Assembly (NCBI GenBank): GCA_040954595.2
Contig: CM082598.2
Location: 1,674,001 to 1,738,000, forward strand
Reading direction: 5' to 3'
DNA length: 64,000 bases
Source: Balanoglossus misakiensis
Taxonomy: Eukaryota; Animalia; Hemichordata
How positions within the stretch are numbered: the stretch's first letter is position 1; the number at the start of each line of letters is the position of its first letter. Below are positions 1-13,464 of this stretch, in pieces. Below the pieces are notes generated by a model. That model was given only the letters and a program-made list of their open reading frames with translations. It did no database searches and was not told where the DNA came from. Made by a program: the position numbers and the translations under genes.

Positions 1-303
1 CAACCTCTCCCACTGTAGGTCCAACCTCTCCCACTGTAGGTCCAACCTCTCCCACTGTGGGTCCAACCTCTCCCACTGTGGGTCCAACCTCTCCCACTGT
101 AGGTCCAACCTCTCCCACTGTAGGTCCAACCTCTCCCACTGTAGGTCCAACCTCTCCCACTGTAGGTCCAACCTCTCCCACTGTAGGTCCAACCTCTCCC
201 ACTGTGGGTCCAACCTCTCCCACTGTGGGTCCAACCTCTCCCACTGTGGGTCCAACCTCTCCCACTGTAGGTCCAATCTCTCCCACTGTGGGTCCAACCT
301 CTC
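1..303 (-). repeat. Coding 21-bp tandem repeat (about 14 units in the window) encoding PTVGEVG
   Basis: Unit ccaacctctcccactgt(a/g)ggt. The a/g variation is synonymous (CCT/CCC Pro) in the minus frame entered from the acceptor at 382-383. Confidence 0.9.
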
Positions 304-2778
304 CTTCCGTAGTTTCCATTATTCCCCAGGTTGGTTCGATCTCTCCTCCTGTTGTGTTAACTTCAGCCACAGTGGGAAATGCTGACAACAAAACATACAG
401 GCGATCAATCAATCCATTAATCAATCAATCAATCAATCAACTAACCAACCATCAAACCAGCCAGCCTACCATCCAACTAATCCATCAATTCAAACGCAAC
501 TTCATAAATTACCATTCAGTGTTGATGCCATTGGTATGGCTGTAGCTTCCGGTACTTGGAATGGTGGGTAAAATTCAGAGTCCTCTCCTTCCTCACTTTC
601 TGCGATAGATGACAGACGTAACATTATTTAGCGAATGAGGTAAGGGTGGTAAAATATATACATGAATTTTCAAGATGGCCGATTTTACCACGTTTAATAT
701 GCTAACTAATTGGACCAAAAGAAGTCATGAAATACAGTCCCCGTATCATTTCTTCTATCTCTTATTACAGTGAGTTTTCGACCTTTTACCCACAATGCAA
801 TTATTATAATGTAATTTGACCCCCTAGCACAAAGTGATAGCCTTTTTAAGACAGCCAGGATTATGTTACCTGTTTCAGGGATGACTGTTATAATGACAGG
901 CGCCCTAGTGATCACTATTGGTGGTGGTGGTGGTGGCGGCGTGGGTGGTGGTGGTGGTTGTGGGTAAGGGGACGGTTGGACTGGTGGTTGTGGACCCGGT
1001 GGTGGCTGGTATGGTGGCTCTTGGTAAGGTGGTTGTGGCGACAGTGGTTGTTGGACTGGTGGCTCTTGATATGCCGGTGGCTGCGTTGGTATCTCAGGCT
1101 CTGGTGTTGTTTTATCGAAGTCGCCAGCCTCTTCTGTTGTTTCAACTTCTGGTTTTTCCATGCCCTCTGTACTCACAAGAAAGTGATTGCAATAGGTTAT
1201 AGATAATGATTCTGATGTGGGGTTTTTTGTTAACAATCTTGCAAAAGAATTTCTCGTTAAAATAACGATGAGGTGAACACTGAACGGCAGTTACATACCT
1301 TCTGCTGCTTCAACGTCTGCTCCTGAGAACAACAACAATAATAATAAGCTTTATATCTAAAATGTGGCGAGTGCTTTATGTATCAGCTATTGAATGAACC
1401 GCTGATGTTCATGGAAACCAACAAAAATGACAAGCTTCATTTCCTTTTCACGTTTCGCTTACATTGACGAATAATTCATGAGGAGTGATTGATTTCTCGT
1501 CTGAAAGAGATTAGCTTTGACTCTGAGTTCAATGCAAGTTCAGAAACATTACAGTATGCTGTTGTTGTCGCGCACAGTTACAACGAGGGCGCGATCGGTG
1601 TCATGGCAACCGCTTGTCTGCGGGCATCGGGAATAAGCTAATGGCGTTCTGAACATCTAACCCTGCAATGACATCAATTATGTATCTCTAAAGATGTCAA
1701 GCGTTCGGGTCATTATATATTACTGTTTAAGTTCAAAGTGGTCAACCAATTATTTGCTTATATGACATGGATCATTAATTTCTGCAAAAGTCTAAGAAAT
1801 AAATAAATCTAACCACTGTTTTAGCAAAAATTCTTAAATGCTGATGGCAATGCAGACATTGTTGCCGTAAAGAGGTCATATTTGGTTTACGACGATGGTG
1901 CGCCATCTGCCGATAGAATATTTCACTTACTTTCGGCTAAAACTTCAATCTCGCAGAGAGATATAGAATGCCAGGGACCATTCTTCGTGATGTCGACATA
2001 CCGCGCTGTTGCGTGGCATTTCTTACTGAGGGAAAGACCTTTGTTCAGATCTCTCATCCTGAAACATACTGGGTTTTCCCTTGGTTTGGTACTATTTCCA
2101 GCTCGTATTTTCAGCGTTGAAAAATTTCCTGTGATATAATAGAAAAATGATCGAAAACAATTTGTCATTAGCAGATATTTTCTGCAGTCTGTGGCGTCCA
2201 ACATCAACTGCAGTCGGATTATAACTTTTATTTTTTACGAATTTGATTTTGGTGGGCGAGGGTGCTTAGTCTATGGTCATTCTACTGGTTCAGGGTGGGA
2301 GTGTTCATTCTCTTTGGGTGGGGCTGTTTAATTTCTTGGGTTTGGCCGTTCATTCTGTTAACGGGGAATACAAATGGTACTTACTAACGGTTTTCTTGTT
2401 CAGTTGTAGTCTAATCGTGTAGATTTTATACTCCACGCCAAGATCAATTAGGATGGTCGGATGTTGCAGCTGCCCCGTTCCACGACATGTCGTCAAATCG
2501 CCGTCGACTAGTAACTCGTGTCCTTCTTTACCATTACCCGTGACCTTCTTCTCGAGGGCGACATTTACTGGAGAAGAATAGAGGATAGTTGTCATGAAAA
2601 TAGTAAAAAGAATAGTTCGGCAAGGGCAGTGGTAAAATTACAATCAATGCATATTATTAAAAACTAAAGGAGTTCCTTTTAAAAGTCACTATTGGTTCGA
2701 CAAGTACTTACCTAAATCATGTTTCGCGAATGTTTTGTGTGCTTGGACGAGAAGGATGGTTAAAATTAACAGCTTCAT
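1..2778 (-). CDS. Secreted or surface protein: divergent F-type-lectin-like domain + Pro-rich linker + (PTVGEVG)n repeat stalk; 3' end lies outside the window
   Basis: Exons 2778-2712 (MKLLILTILLVQAHKTFAKHDL, signal peptide), 2567-2385 (NVALEK..LVDGDLTTC..IDLG), 2128-1931 (KIRAGNS..NPVC..CHATARYVDI..SLCEIEV), 1322-1299, 1166-870 (Pro-rich), 381-<1 (repeats). All introns are GT-AG, phase 1, with an open spliced frame. Exon pattern matches the three paralogues on the + strand. Confidence 0.8.
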
Positions 2779-5068
2779 TTGGTAAAACTTTCGCGGATGT
2801 CTGTCCAGGAAATTTGATGATTTAAACCTGGTGAATAAGTAAATTAGAAATTTATTTTGTCTCGACGCAATCCGATATATCCCACAATTCAATGCATCTG
2901 TGAAGCAAATCAACTATAGAATCTCATAGGTCTGATAAGCGTATAAAACACTGATTAAATTTGAAGATCACATTTACCTTTCACACATAATAATTTAAGC
3001 CAGTATTTCATTTGAGACGTTTCAGAACCGTCTTAAAGGTCCTTGTGTGACCCCATAAAGCTTACCTTTTGTTCACAAAGCATTGTCAAGTCAACCACTC
3101 AAGTCTCCGAAAGCGATATCTGCGCGCTGTGTGTTAAGTCGAATAAGTCGTGTGCAAATAATCGATAGCCTAGACATCTGCTGGGTGAACTATGTGTGGA
3201 TGTTAAAATAACTTTAGCAAGTTTTATTTTGAAATTCAGGTGTTATCCATCACGCACAGTTGGTTAATCAAGTTTATAATACCATCTAATAAAACAGTAA
3301 GCGGAAAAGTTGTTAAATGTAAAAAAAATATGTCCGTAGTTAAACATTTCGTAATATCGCATTCTTTATGGATTCGCGTTTTTTGTTTAATTTTAATAAC
3401 TGGTCGAACATTCTAAAATATAAGGTGCAAAGACTAGACACAGCGGAAACACGTGATACGGATAGGGAACGTGCGGATGAGCGATTATAGCGCGTGGGCT
3501 GGCCAGGTGTCCAAGAACAGATTTAGCTTAATGATTCACTTTGCCAGCTGACAGTCTGTAGCCTGGGGCTATCGGTAATGTCATCTACACGACAAAGGAA
3601 GAAAAATTGTGATTGATTATATCCCATTGTGGTAACCACACATTTTTGGCCTCTAGTTAAATATATGACAAAAATCATTTCCCTGTCTGAGATAAGTGTA
3701 AGTTGAATATCTAATGAAAAGTATATTTTGGTTATATGTTAAGTACAAACAGTTTTGGCTTTGAGAGAAACGTTCTACCATGGAGCGTGTGGTTTAATTT
3801 ATTTTTCCTTACAATTGACCTGATAAATTTTCTGTGACACAGCTGTGCGATGAATATTTTAAGACTAAAAAGGGTGGCACAAATTATTTTCAAATTGTCA
3901 AAAGTGAACACACTGCAACAGAATGACAATTTATTCAAAATCACAGAACTTTGTCCTGGTTGTCAAGGGGAAATTAGTTTTGAATGTTTTCGACCGCTTC
4001 TGTTTGAATTTGGGAGCATGTTGAGACACTCTGTCTATTGCGCAGACTCCGTATACAAATATAACCAGTAATCCTCAACTTTCCAACTAACAAAATAAAT
4101 CGTCCAAAACTTTCCATTTTATCATTCCAAGCACGTGATGTCAAATACTGAACAAGAACACAAGCTGACATACATAAGCCATCAACACTGAAATCAATCA
4201 CCTGATTTCCTCTCAATCTCCGAGTTTTATATTCGTAAAACTTACAACGCTATCAATCAAGCTTGATAGATAAATTTAGGAAACATTTACAAATGTATTC
4301 TTCAGTTTACATGTGATGACGTCATCGATCGAGCAGAAGAGGGCTCTAAGGTCGATTTATTCTTTGATTTTTAACAGATATGCAGATAAACTGATTGTCT
4401 GAGGGTTTTTTTCCATACAAAACTTTGAACAACGTCCCATGGACATGCAGGCTAACTGCGCCCGTTTATAATGAAGACACCGTTCTCAGACATGACATAA
4501 ACACCTGCGTGGTCATATTAATGTACATGTAAAAATAACCAAATTTTCTGCGTCATATATGTGAGTTTGTCACACATAGTCAAGAAATGGAAATGTAATT
4601 AATTAGTAACAATCTGTGCCTGGTAGTGATGAGTGATAGTGTTTGTTTCCAAACAGGTGGTTACTAAGATATATGATTGTGGGCAAAAGTTTTATTCTTA
4701 CACCGGGTATAATATAACCAGACAGAGTCTTGCATGGTCATTGGTCGTTTGGATTTCAAACGAGAGGTACGTCTTAAATTTCATGCACTCGGATTGAGTG
4801 CCAGTTCGTATTTTGCACACATTGTATTTTAGACTCGGTAAGTAGCTGACAATTCTTTTCTTTCCTGGTGAGTTCTGGACGAACGGAAAATCGAATTATT
4901 ATATTGTGTATTTCAAAGTCTCTGTAACTTTGTTTTACATTAATTTTTGTGTCACGTGAAACAAGCAGCTAGTTTTATGATCTAACTCGGGAACAATGTC
5001 TGCCTTTTTCTCCTAGATCAATCTGACATCCTTCCCGGTCTCCAATACAAGGAACGTTCGCTATTGAA

Positions 5069-5613
5069 ATGAAGCTACAAGCTATAGTTGTCCTGTTAAT
5101 TATTCTAGCCGCGGTCGAGGCCACACGCAAAAGTGGTAAGATTAACTAAGGTTTTGATGACGAAGTCAAACATGTTTATTCAATCAGTTGGCTATTAATT
5201 GGTCTGTATCAATGCCAGTATGGCGTCCTATATATATTTAAAAAGGGTGTTGGCTGGTTTCTGCTTTTGATCTTTAAGGTGTAGCATTTCTTCACAGTGA
5301 ACGTTGCCACTGGCAAGCCTGTCAAAGCCCGTGGAAGGATCGACCTCTTCAATCTCATCGATGGGGACAAAGAAACATGCAGTGATACAAGACTGTTGGT
5401 GAAACCTGTGATAACCGTTGATCTGCGCCAACCCTATACTTTGAATCGAATAAAATTGCGCTTGACGGAACAATTGTGTAAGTGTTTGTCCAAAGTTTAC
5501 GGCGAAGAATTGATCACAATGGTTTCATCATGATTTGCATTGTTTTATTTTGTTACAGTACAGAATAATGATGGCAGTGAGAGTAGTTTGAAATCTAAAC
5601 ATTTAAGTTCATT

Positions 5614-5645
<32 letters not shown>

Positions 5646-7074
5646 TTTAATTCAAAGTTGACAAATCATATGATGAAGAAATGTTTATAGACGCAGTGAA
5701 GAGGCATACATGAAAGTTAACGTACGTTGAAATTAATTGGGTCTCAATCGTGATATGTAAACAGAAAAAAGTACATATTTATATGAAGTTGGGATATCAA
5801 AACGTTAAGTTGGTATTCGGTATTTCTGAATTACAGCAACGCAAGGTTTGGCAAAAGTGCGGATTGGAAACAGCACCACCATAAGCGAGAATCCCATATG
5901 TGCTCGGGTCAAGCAAAGAAAAGACGGAGTGGTTATTGCGTCGAAGTGCACCGGTGTTGGTAGATACGTCACCGTGCAGAAAACACGTGGCTGGGGAGAC
6001 GCGTCTCTCTGCGAAATCGAGGCTATGACCCCAGGCAAGTCTAACTACCAATACATGTCATGTGCATACGAATGTGTGCTTTCGTGAGGGTGATGTGATT
6101 TCTGGTCAGCTTTGGTCAAAAAGTGACAAAAGTCCACAATACTGAGGACGATTTACGAATTTGCAATTTTATCTCGATATAGAAGCCAATTTCGAGTTTG
6201 TCCAAAAAATGTTGAGAAGCTTTAGTCAATGATGGTGAAAAGTAGCATGGAACTAGTAGTATGTAAATATTTCGTGTGTTTTCAGCTTTCTCCGATATTT
6301 CAAGTCTAATTATTCGAGTAAGAAAATCTGACCACTGATAAATCTTTCAGAATCATTTCTTCACATTCTTTTCTTCCATTAACTCGCAGCCTGTGAGTTT
6401 CCAGTGCCTCTTGTTGACTCGGCTGCAGGCAAACACTTCAGTGAAAGCTCTGACAGATTCGCAAGAGATCTGGAGGTGATGACGGATGACATCAACTTTG
6501 ACGACGGGGAGATCTTTTTCCGGGGTTCCAAAGTTTACCAACCATCCTGGAAGGTGGACCTTGGGGAAGTGCATGACGTTTATGAAGTTATCCTCCTCAA
6601 CAAAGAGCCATGCTGTAAGTTCAAGGTTGTTTCCTGTACATTTTCGGCCGCTGGGAGTGTGGGATCGACACAAACTCGACCCTATACTCTTGGCGACCCG
6701 AAGCGTTATCTGACACAAGCGCTGATTGGACAATAAACGTTATGACATTTATGGTATCCAATGACATGATCTGAAAAGTACGATTCGTCAATAACAGTTT
6801 CTCTCTTTCTCTCTCTCACTCTCTCTCTCTCTTTTTGTCTTTTTGTGCAGACTATCCGATCATGGAGTCCGAAATTCGTGTTGGGAATGACGTCAGAGCC
6901 AAGAACAACGAACTTTGCCATGAAATCATAACGCGCAGACTCGGTAGACGAGAGAGGGTCACCTTCCAGTGCGGCTGTCAAATACCTCTGACGGGACGCT
7001 ACGTCTCCGGAACACAGCTGAAACTCACCAGTAAAATGTTACACGTTTGCGCCTTGAAAATTATGACCGCTTAG
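5069..7074 (+). CDS. Secreted tandem two-domain F-type-lectin-like protein (paralogue A)
   Basis: Exons 5069-5135 (MKLQAIVVLLIILAAVEA), 5298-5477, 5837-6034, 6390-6614, 6851-7074. Motifs NVATGK, LIDGD..TC, VDL, GRYVTV, SLCEIE; domain 2 has QPSWKVDLG, EIRVG, CGC..GRYVS. Intron 3 has a GC donor. Confidence 0.85.
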
Positions 7075-8714
7075 ACAAGGATGAGAACGTCGATGAAACA
7101 TCGAAATCAAACAAGTGCAAGTTTTCAGCATGATTTTCTGTTGTTGCGATTCAGCCTTTCGGTGGAGGATAATACATTCATGAACGAATTTACAGACTTG
7201 TCAAGTTTTCTTTTGTAAAGAATTCAAATGCGTTGGACAGATGGAGACAATAGAGGACAATAAAATCGAACACATAAATTCTGCAAAGTTAATTCTGTTA
7301 ATCATGTTTTTCTGGAATTAGTAAAGTGTTATCACCATCTCTGATTTGTTTGTGTTTGTGTTGTTTTGCTTGCAAAGTAGACAGAACTTTTTCTCGGTAT
7401 TCACACGAATACTTGAAGAAGTCGCCATTTCTGTATAAACAGATGACCACAGCTTTCCTTCATTCCTCTGTCGCTACCTGTACAAAAACCTGATTACTTT
7501 TGGTCGCCGAGCCGGCAATTGTTTTCACTAGATATTAACATTTTGATGGAAGACAAACTATGACAAAAATGAGAGCATACAGATTTTGGCGCTAAAATGG
7601 GAGATCAGTTGGCAGCCCATCTCATTTGTGATTCTGTTCAAAATATACAAAGTGCAACTATAGACAGCAGAGGTCTATGGTACATTGTCGCTTGCTTTCA
7701 GCATAAGTGGTCAACTCTCAGGTTAGTGTTAGTGTCAATCACCCGTTAACACTTTCTGTTCTCCTGTGGAATTTCTCACTCTGCCATTTAATGGTCTTTT
7801 TAAATATTCCGTTGTTATATTTTCTCACGGTCAATTCTGTGAAACGGCGGGAAAATGTGCTTGCATGTTAAACGAAGGTATGTCAGCCTGATTCGAAAAT
7901 TACCAGCCGTACTTTGAAGTGTGCAGTGTGTCTCGTCATTTAAGTAACAAGACATGTCAGTAAGCTGTGTCGAATAAGGTGTTTTAATATTTTTTTCTAC
8001 TGGCGTCCATGAAAAGTTAGAAATTTAGACAATTTCTTGGAGCTCGTGTTAAAAAAACTGTCACATTCGCAAATGAAGAACCTCTGTTTGAGCGTGGGAA
8101 AAATTAAAATCTTTTATTCAGTTTGCAAGTGAGAAATGCTACACTTGGGAGTAATTGAATTGGATTGTTTCGAAATATGGCGGGAAAACTGTCGAACAAA
8201 TAAAGGTGTGATAAAAGTTCAATAGTGTTTAATATACATATGGAGCTTCAGTGTTGTGGCCATTTGGACACACATTCACAAATGCAAATCAGAAAAAAAA
8301 CTCAATATATAGGAGAACTTTTCGCTGTTGGTCACTCACAAGAAGCTTTGGACACATGTAAGTAAAGCAGCTTTCTTCCATCTGGTTACAAGTTTCTTAA
8401 CATTATACCTCAGAAATCCTTGACATAGGTGACATACGCGTTCTGATATTGAGTTGGCTGAGCTTGTCGTCATGTTGATAGCGATGGCAATATACGTAAA
8501 AAAGTAGTGTAGGAAGTTAAACTTGCTGACACGTTTCAAAACTAACGGTTTTCAATGTTTTATCCATGGAAGATTTGGAGTTATATTGCCTGTGTGTTTT
8601 CTAGCGTCTAACTTTTCCAGAACAACACAGAAAATGTAAACAGTACACAACATTATTCTTACATGTGCATGACTTCTTGTTTATAGCTACCGATATTAAA
8701 AAAGTCAACTCGAC

Positions 8715-11700
8715 ATGAAGATTTTCGTGATCTCGCTGTTGTTTGGCTTGGCGTTAGGTAAGTTTGTTGTGTTTTGTGATCACGTGACAGCTTTTGCTTG
8801 TCATTTTCGCACGTGCGATAGTCGAAAGGGACAAATGGTTCAAAATGTGCTGCTTCTAACTTGATTCGTGCACGTCCTAACAACAACCAAGACGAAATAT
8901 AAAACATTACTTTAAACTGAAGTCAAAATGCTCGATAACTTACCCTCGATGGTGTTCTGATTGTTGACGTCACTTTGTTTACTTTTTTCAGCTGCGCCTG
9001 GCCCTGTGGGTAATGTCTACCCACCTGTAAGGAAACCCCACATCTTACACATAGTCGCTGATGATCTCGGTAAGATTTTTATCTTGTCGGTGTTAATTTT
9101 TACTCTTTCCATTTACACCATTTCCCATTCGAACTAGCCATGTACTGTATTATAATTTTAAGTAACGACAACTGTCTGTGAATTTAAGATCATTATTCAA
9201 GAAACTGTTCTTGGTGCTTTTTTAGGATGGGATGACGTCAGCTGGCACAACGCAGACATGATTACGCCAAACTTACAAGATCTTGCTGAAAATGGTGTTA
9301 TCTTGGACAACATGTATGTGCAGACATCTTGCAGCCCGTAAGTACACTTTTTATTTGATAATCACAATACAAACTTTCATTGAGTTATATCAGTATCACC
9401 TGAGTCACAAATTGTCGTTTGTATCTTTTCATTAATATGGAAACTCTTTTATTTATTTTTAATTGTAGAACCCGTTCGAGTTTGATGAGTGGTTTCTACT
9501 CTGCTAATATCGGATCACAGGTAAGAGATGGAGGGATGGGAAAAGGGGCCGGCAGAGAGAGCAACTAGACAGACAGACTGACAGAAAGACAGGAACAAAG
9601 ACTGAGAAAGACACATATGTAAACAGAGAGACAGACAGAGTTATCCCGTCAGAGAAGAAATTGATCGGCATGGCGACTCACATTTGATAATTGTCTACTT
9701 TCAGCATTTGGTCTACAGACCTGACCGTGCGCATGGATTGCCAACATGGCTGACTACCCTGCCAGATATGCTGAAGGAACAGGGATACACCACATACGGA
9801 GTTGGAAAGTAAGTATGACGTCACAACTGGTTATGTGATTTAAGGTTGATTTGGGGGACACAAGCACGGGGTATGGACTTTCAAAATAAATTTGAACACT
9901 TTTGATGGTGATACTTTGAATTTGGTGTGGACATGTTTTTTTTTTTTTTGCAAACTTTCAATAATCGCGTTCTCCATATTCTTTCAGGTGGCATTTAGGT
10001 TACTGCAACGATTCCTTCATCCCAACCAATCGTGGATTTGACCACTTTTACGGTTTCTATCTTGGCTCCGTCGACTACTGGAGTCATGTGACGTCAGAAA
10101 AAGGTGCGTGATTATGACTTTGTCTGTAATTTTGTTGCCACAGTTCATTTTGTTTCCATTCAAATGGGTGAAAATAAAGCCTTTCTCGCTGTGCAAACTT
10201 CAACACAACGATATGCGTTATCAAGTAATTTATTTAAATATTTTTATTTATTTATTTATTTTACAGGACCCTATGGCACTGGTGAATATTTTGGATATGA
10301 TTTCCGTGACGATAACGAAAAGGTAGAAGGTGAAGGCATTGATGGTGTTTACAGTTCTGTAAGTAGTCGATTCTGCGCATGCTTGGTTTACTTCTCTTTG
10401 GAACTTTTCCCGTGCGCCCAGACAAGTTAAGATCAGTGTCAATCTTTTCAAGTTGATTGATATCGTTTTCTTTAATTCTCATTAATCAATAAATAATTTC
10501 TTTTCGTTTGCAGATATTGTTCAAGAACAGACTCAACAAAATCCTCACAGAACACGACGCTGACGATCCAATGTACTTGTATCTGGCGTTTCAGTTGCCT
10601 CACTCTCCAGTCACTGTAAGTTTTTGTTTGTTTTGGTTGGTTGGTTGGTTGGTTTAATTATGCTAATTTTAAGCCACACGCATCTGATACATGTACCTCC
10701 CGATTGACACATACATGTATGTGACTATGCCAAGTATCATGAATTCTCGTAAAACGCGATACGTGACTTTGTGAGATTGTTTACACGTGCTAATATAAAG
10801 GTCACTTCTAATTTAAATATAAGCGAAGTAAATATTGACCCGTGAAACTGTTTGTTATACCAGGCGATAGGTGGCGACATTTACAATTTCTGAACAGGAA
10901 TCTATTTGTTGTTCCAAAGGAAAATTTCATTTGTACCAACAGGTGCGATCTGTCTAGACTGAACGCACGTGCGCGCGAATTTAATATATATTTAAATGAA
11001 TGTAAACCCTGACAATTCTGATTGGTCGATTACTATCCGAACGCGTGAAACGGGTAGATTGTGATTGGTCAATCACGCTCTGCACTCTTGAACAGGTTGC
11101 AATGTAGACACTTCAGTAAACGTCGTTGACCCGGGCGTTGACCCAATAATGACCAGACGAAATTTTAAATTTGTACCAACAGGGGCACGCGTGTGTTTAA
11201 TTTATTTAAATTTTATGATTTTGTCGTGCTGTTTACAATTTTACAGCAATATATAACGGAAAAAATACTTTCACAGATCTATGCTTATTGGAATATATTT
11301 TTTTTCGTGTCCTTTGTGCTTAGGTCCCGGAAGAATACGCAGCAAAGTACAACAGGAGAGTGTCAAACGAAGTTCGCAGAGTTTATTCCGGTGAGTATTA
11401 GTCACGTGATGAAATATCAGGCAGGACGCAGTCGCAGTATGATCTTTGTCAGGATGTCAGAGTTTGTATCATTCGGTGTCATATTAACATACATATTTCT
11501 CCCTTTAGGTCAAGTGTCATTCATGGATGAAATCATCGGCGATGTTAGGGCAACCATGGAGGAAGCTGGTTTGTGGGACGACACCTTTCTCCTTTTCCAC
11601 TCTGATGTAAGTATGACTCCAATTTCTTTATAAATATTCATACTTTATTTTCAATATCAAGGATTCCCAAGATACACCGGACTATTTTTTTTACAAATAG

Positions 11701-13464
11701 CTTCAGAAATACACAGTGAAAAGATATACAAGAGATCATTGATTTGGTCTATGGTGTCCTATGATGAAGATACATTGATTACGTCATTAAATGTTGTCCT
11801 TCTTTGCTACCTCATTAGAATGGTGGTGACGTCAGACACGCAGCTAGTAACTTCCCTCTCCGTGGTAACAAAGGAACATATTTTGATGGTGGTATCAAGG
11901 CTGCCGCTTTGGCTTATGGGAAAGGAATTAGAAAGACCGGTTACGTCAACAGAGAGTAAGTGTTATTAAAATCACTCACTGTTCTTTTCCATGTAAACGA
12001 CAAGCAAATCATGGAGAATCAAGAGCATTTGATATTTCTTGCAAATGATACTGGCGATTCGATACTCATTTAAATATGACAATCCGAGTAGTTTCAATTG
12101 TCTGTACATTGCATAACTCAATTTATATATTTATTGTTTTATAGGATGATCCACGCAGTCGATGTTTTCCCAACTTTGGTTGAAGTTGCAGGTGGCGAAG
12201 TTGACTGTAAGTAAAATTACGTTATTAGAAAATTTGAGTAAATATAGAAGTACAAATATTATGTTTATTGTGCACGAAACATACAAGATGTCATTCATTT
12301 CAGAATTCGAAATTAATCATCATTAAATCATTTCTGTAGATTAATTTGATCATGTCCAGAAAAAAGATACCGAGTCCTTTACAGTCCATGCTTCCAACTA
12401 ACAAGTTGATCTTTTCCTCTATTTCTCAGTTGATATTGACGGTGTGAGCGTATTGCATACTCTGACTCGAGGAAGAGCCTCTGATAGAACCGGTTTCTTG
12501 ATCACAATCGATGAAGAATTCCCAGAAACGTCCAAGGCAGCCGCAATCAGGTAATATATATATTGACGAGTTTCCGCTCATTGGGATATCTTGGTTAAAT
12601 ACCGCAGCAACTGGTTGCGTAGATAATTTTCCATGGAGTGTCTTTTATCAATGCAAGGAGTTAAAATACATAATTAATTTTTCATTCCCATTTTTTACTT
12701 TTTAGGGATGGACCATGGAAATTCATTGAGGGTTATCCAGCGTTCCGTTATGTTGAAACACATTGTGAGTAGCATTTGGTTCTTTGGTTACTATGCATTA
12801 TGTTTAGAAGAGTAATACGAAAACTGGACATAAACCCATTTTTTATAAATCAGTAATGATGAGATGGTACAAGAATATTGTTTAGCCAGCGTTACATTGA
12901 ATGTGGATACATGCCTTCACAGTCCAGACTTTGCAACGTATGAATGAATGAATTAATTGGTTAGTTACTGGATAGATAGGTTAACACCTTATTAATTTGC
13001 ATGTATTTCAGTGGGTTGGTATCCGACTCCATATGATGGCGACGTTGCAGATGGTGTTAGTCCTTTGGATGATCCATCCACTACTACTCTATGGCTCTTC
13101 AACATGGAAGGTATGGAAACTATCCAATTTATCACATATCACAGTGTGTTTTTTGTCTTGTGTCATGGGAATGTACCCCCCATATAATTTGCCTAGCCAC
13201 GTGAAATCTCGCGTGGTCTCCTGGACTTCGGAAACTTGTCTATTTCGGGCAGTGGTCTTAATTTTTAATCTCATTTTGTTAGATGACCCCATGGAAATGC
13301 GTAACGTGGCTGACCAGTACCCGCATGTAGTCGCCGAACTTCGCACCAAACTTGATGTCCACCGAGCCAAGACCTGGACTGACTTCCCTCCGAGCGATCC
13401 CAGTTGTGACCCAGCCCTCAGCGGTGGTTGGTGGTCAGCCGGTTGGTGTGCCATTTCATCGTAG
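8715..13464 (+). CDS. Arylsulfatase B-like (ARSB/ARSI/ARSJ group) formylglycine-dependent sulfatase
   Basis: About 16 exons. Signal peptide MKIFVISLLFGLAL; KPHILHIVADDLGWDDVSWH; catalytic CSPTR motif split by the intron 9338-9468; GKWHLG; PTNRGFDHFYG; SDNGG; NFPLRGNKGT; C-terminal DDPMEMRNVA..GWWSAGWC. Confidence 0.93.

Noticed and set aside
57-545. + strand ORF (GPTSPTV)n, and a CRISPR-like look of the 21-bp repeat
   Set aside because: It is the antisense shadow of the minus-strand exon, and the units are contiguous with no unique spacers.
915-1206. His-rich, Val-rich and Trp-rich ORFs
   Set aside because: Alternative frames of the Pro-rich CCA-repeat exon 870-1166.
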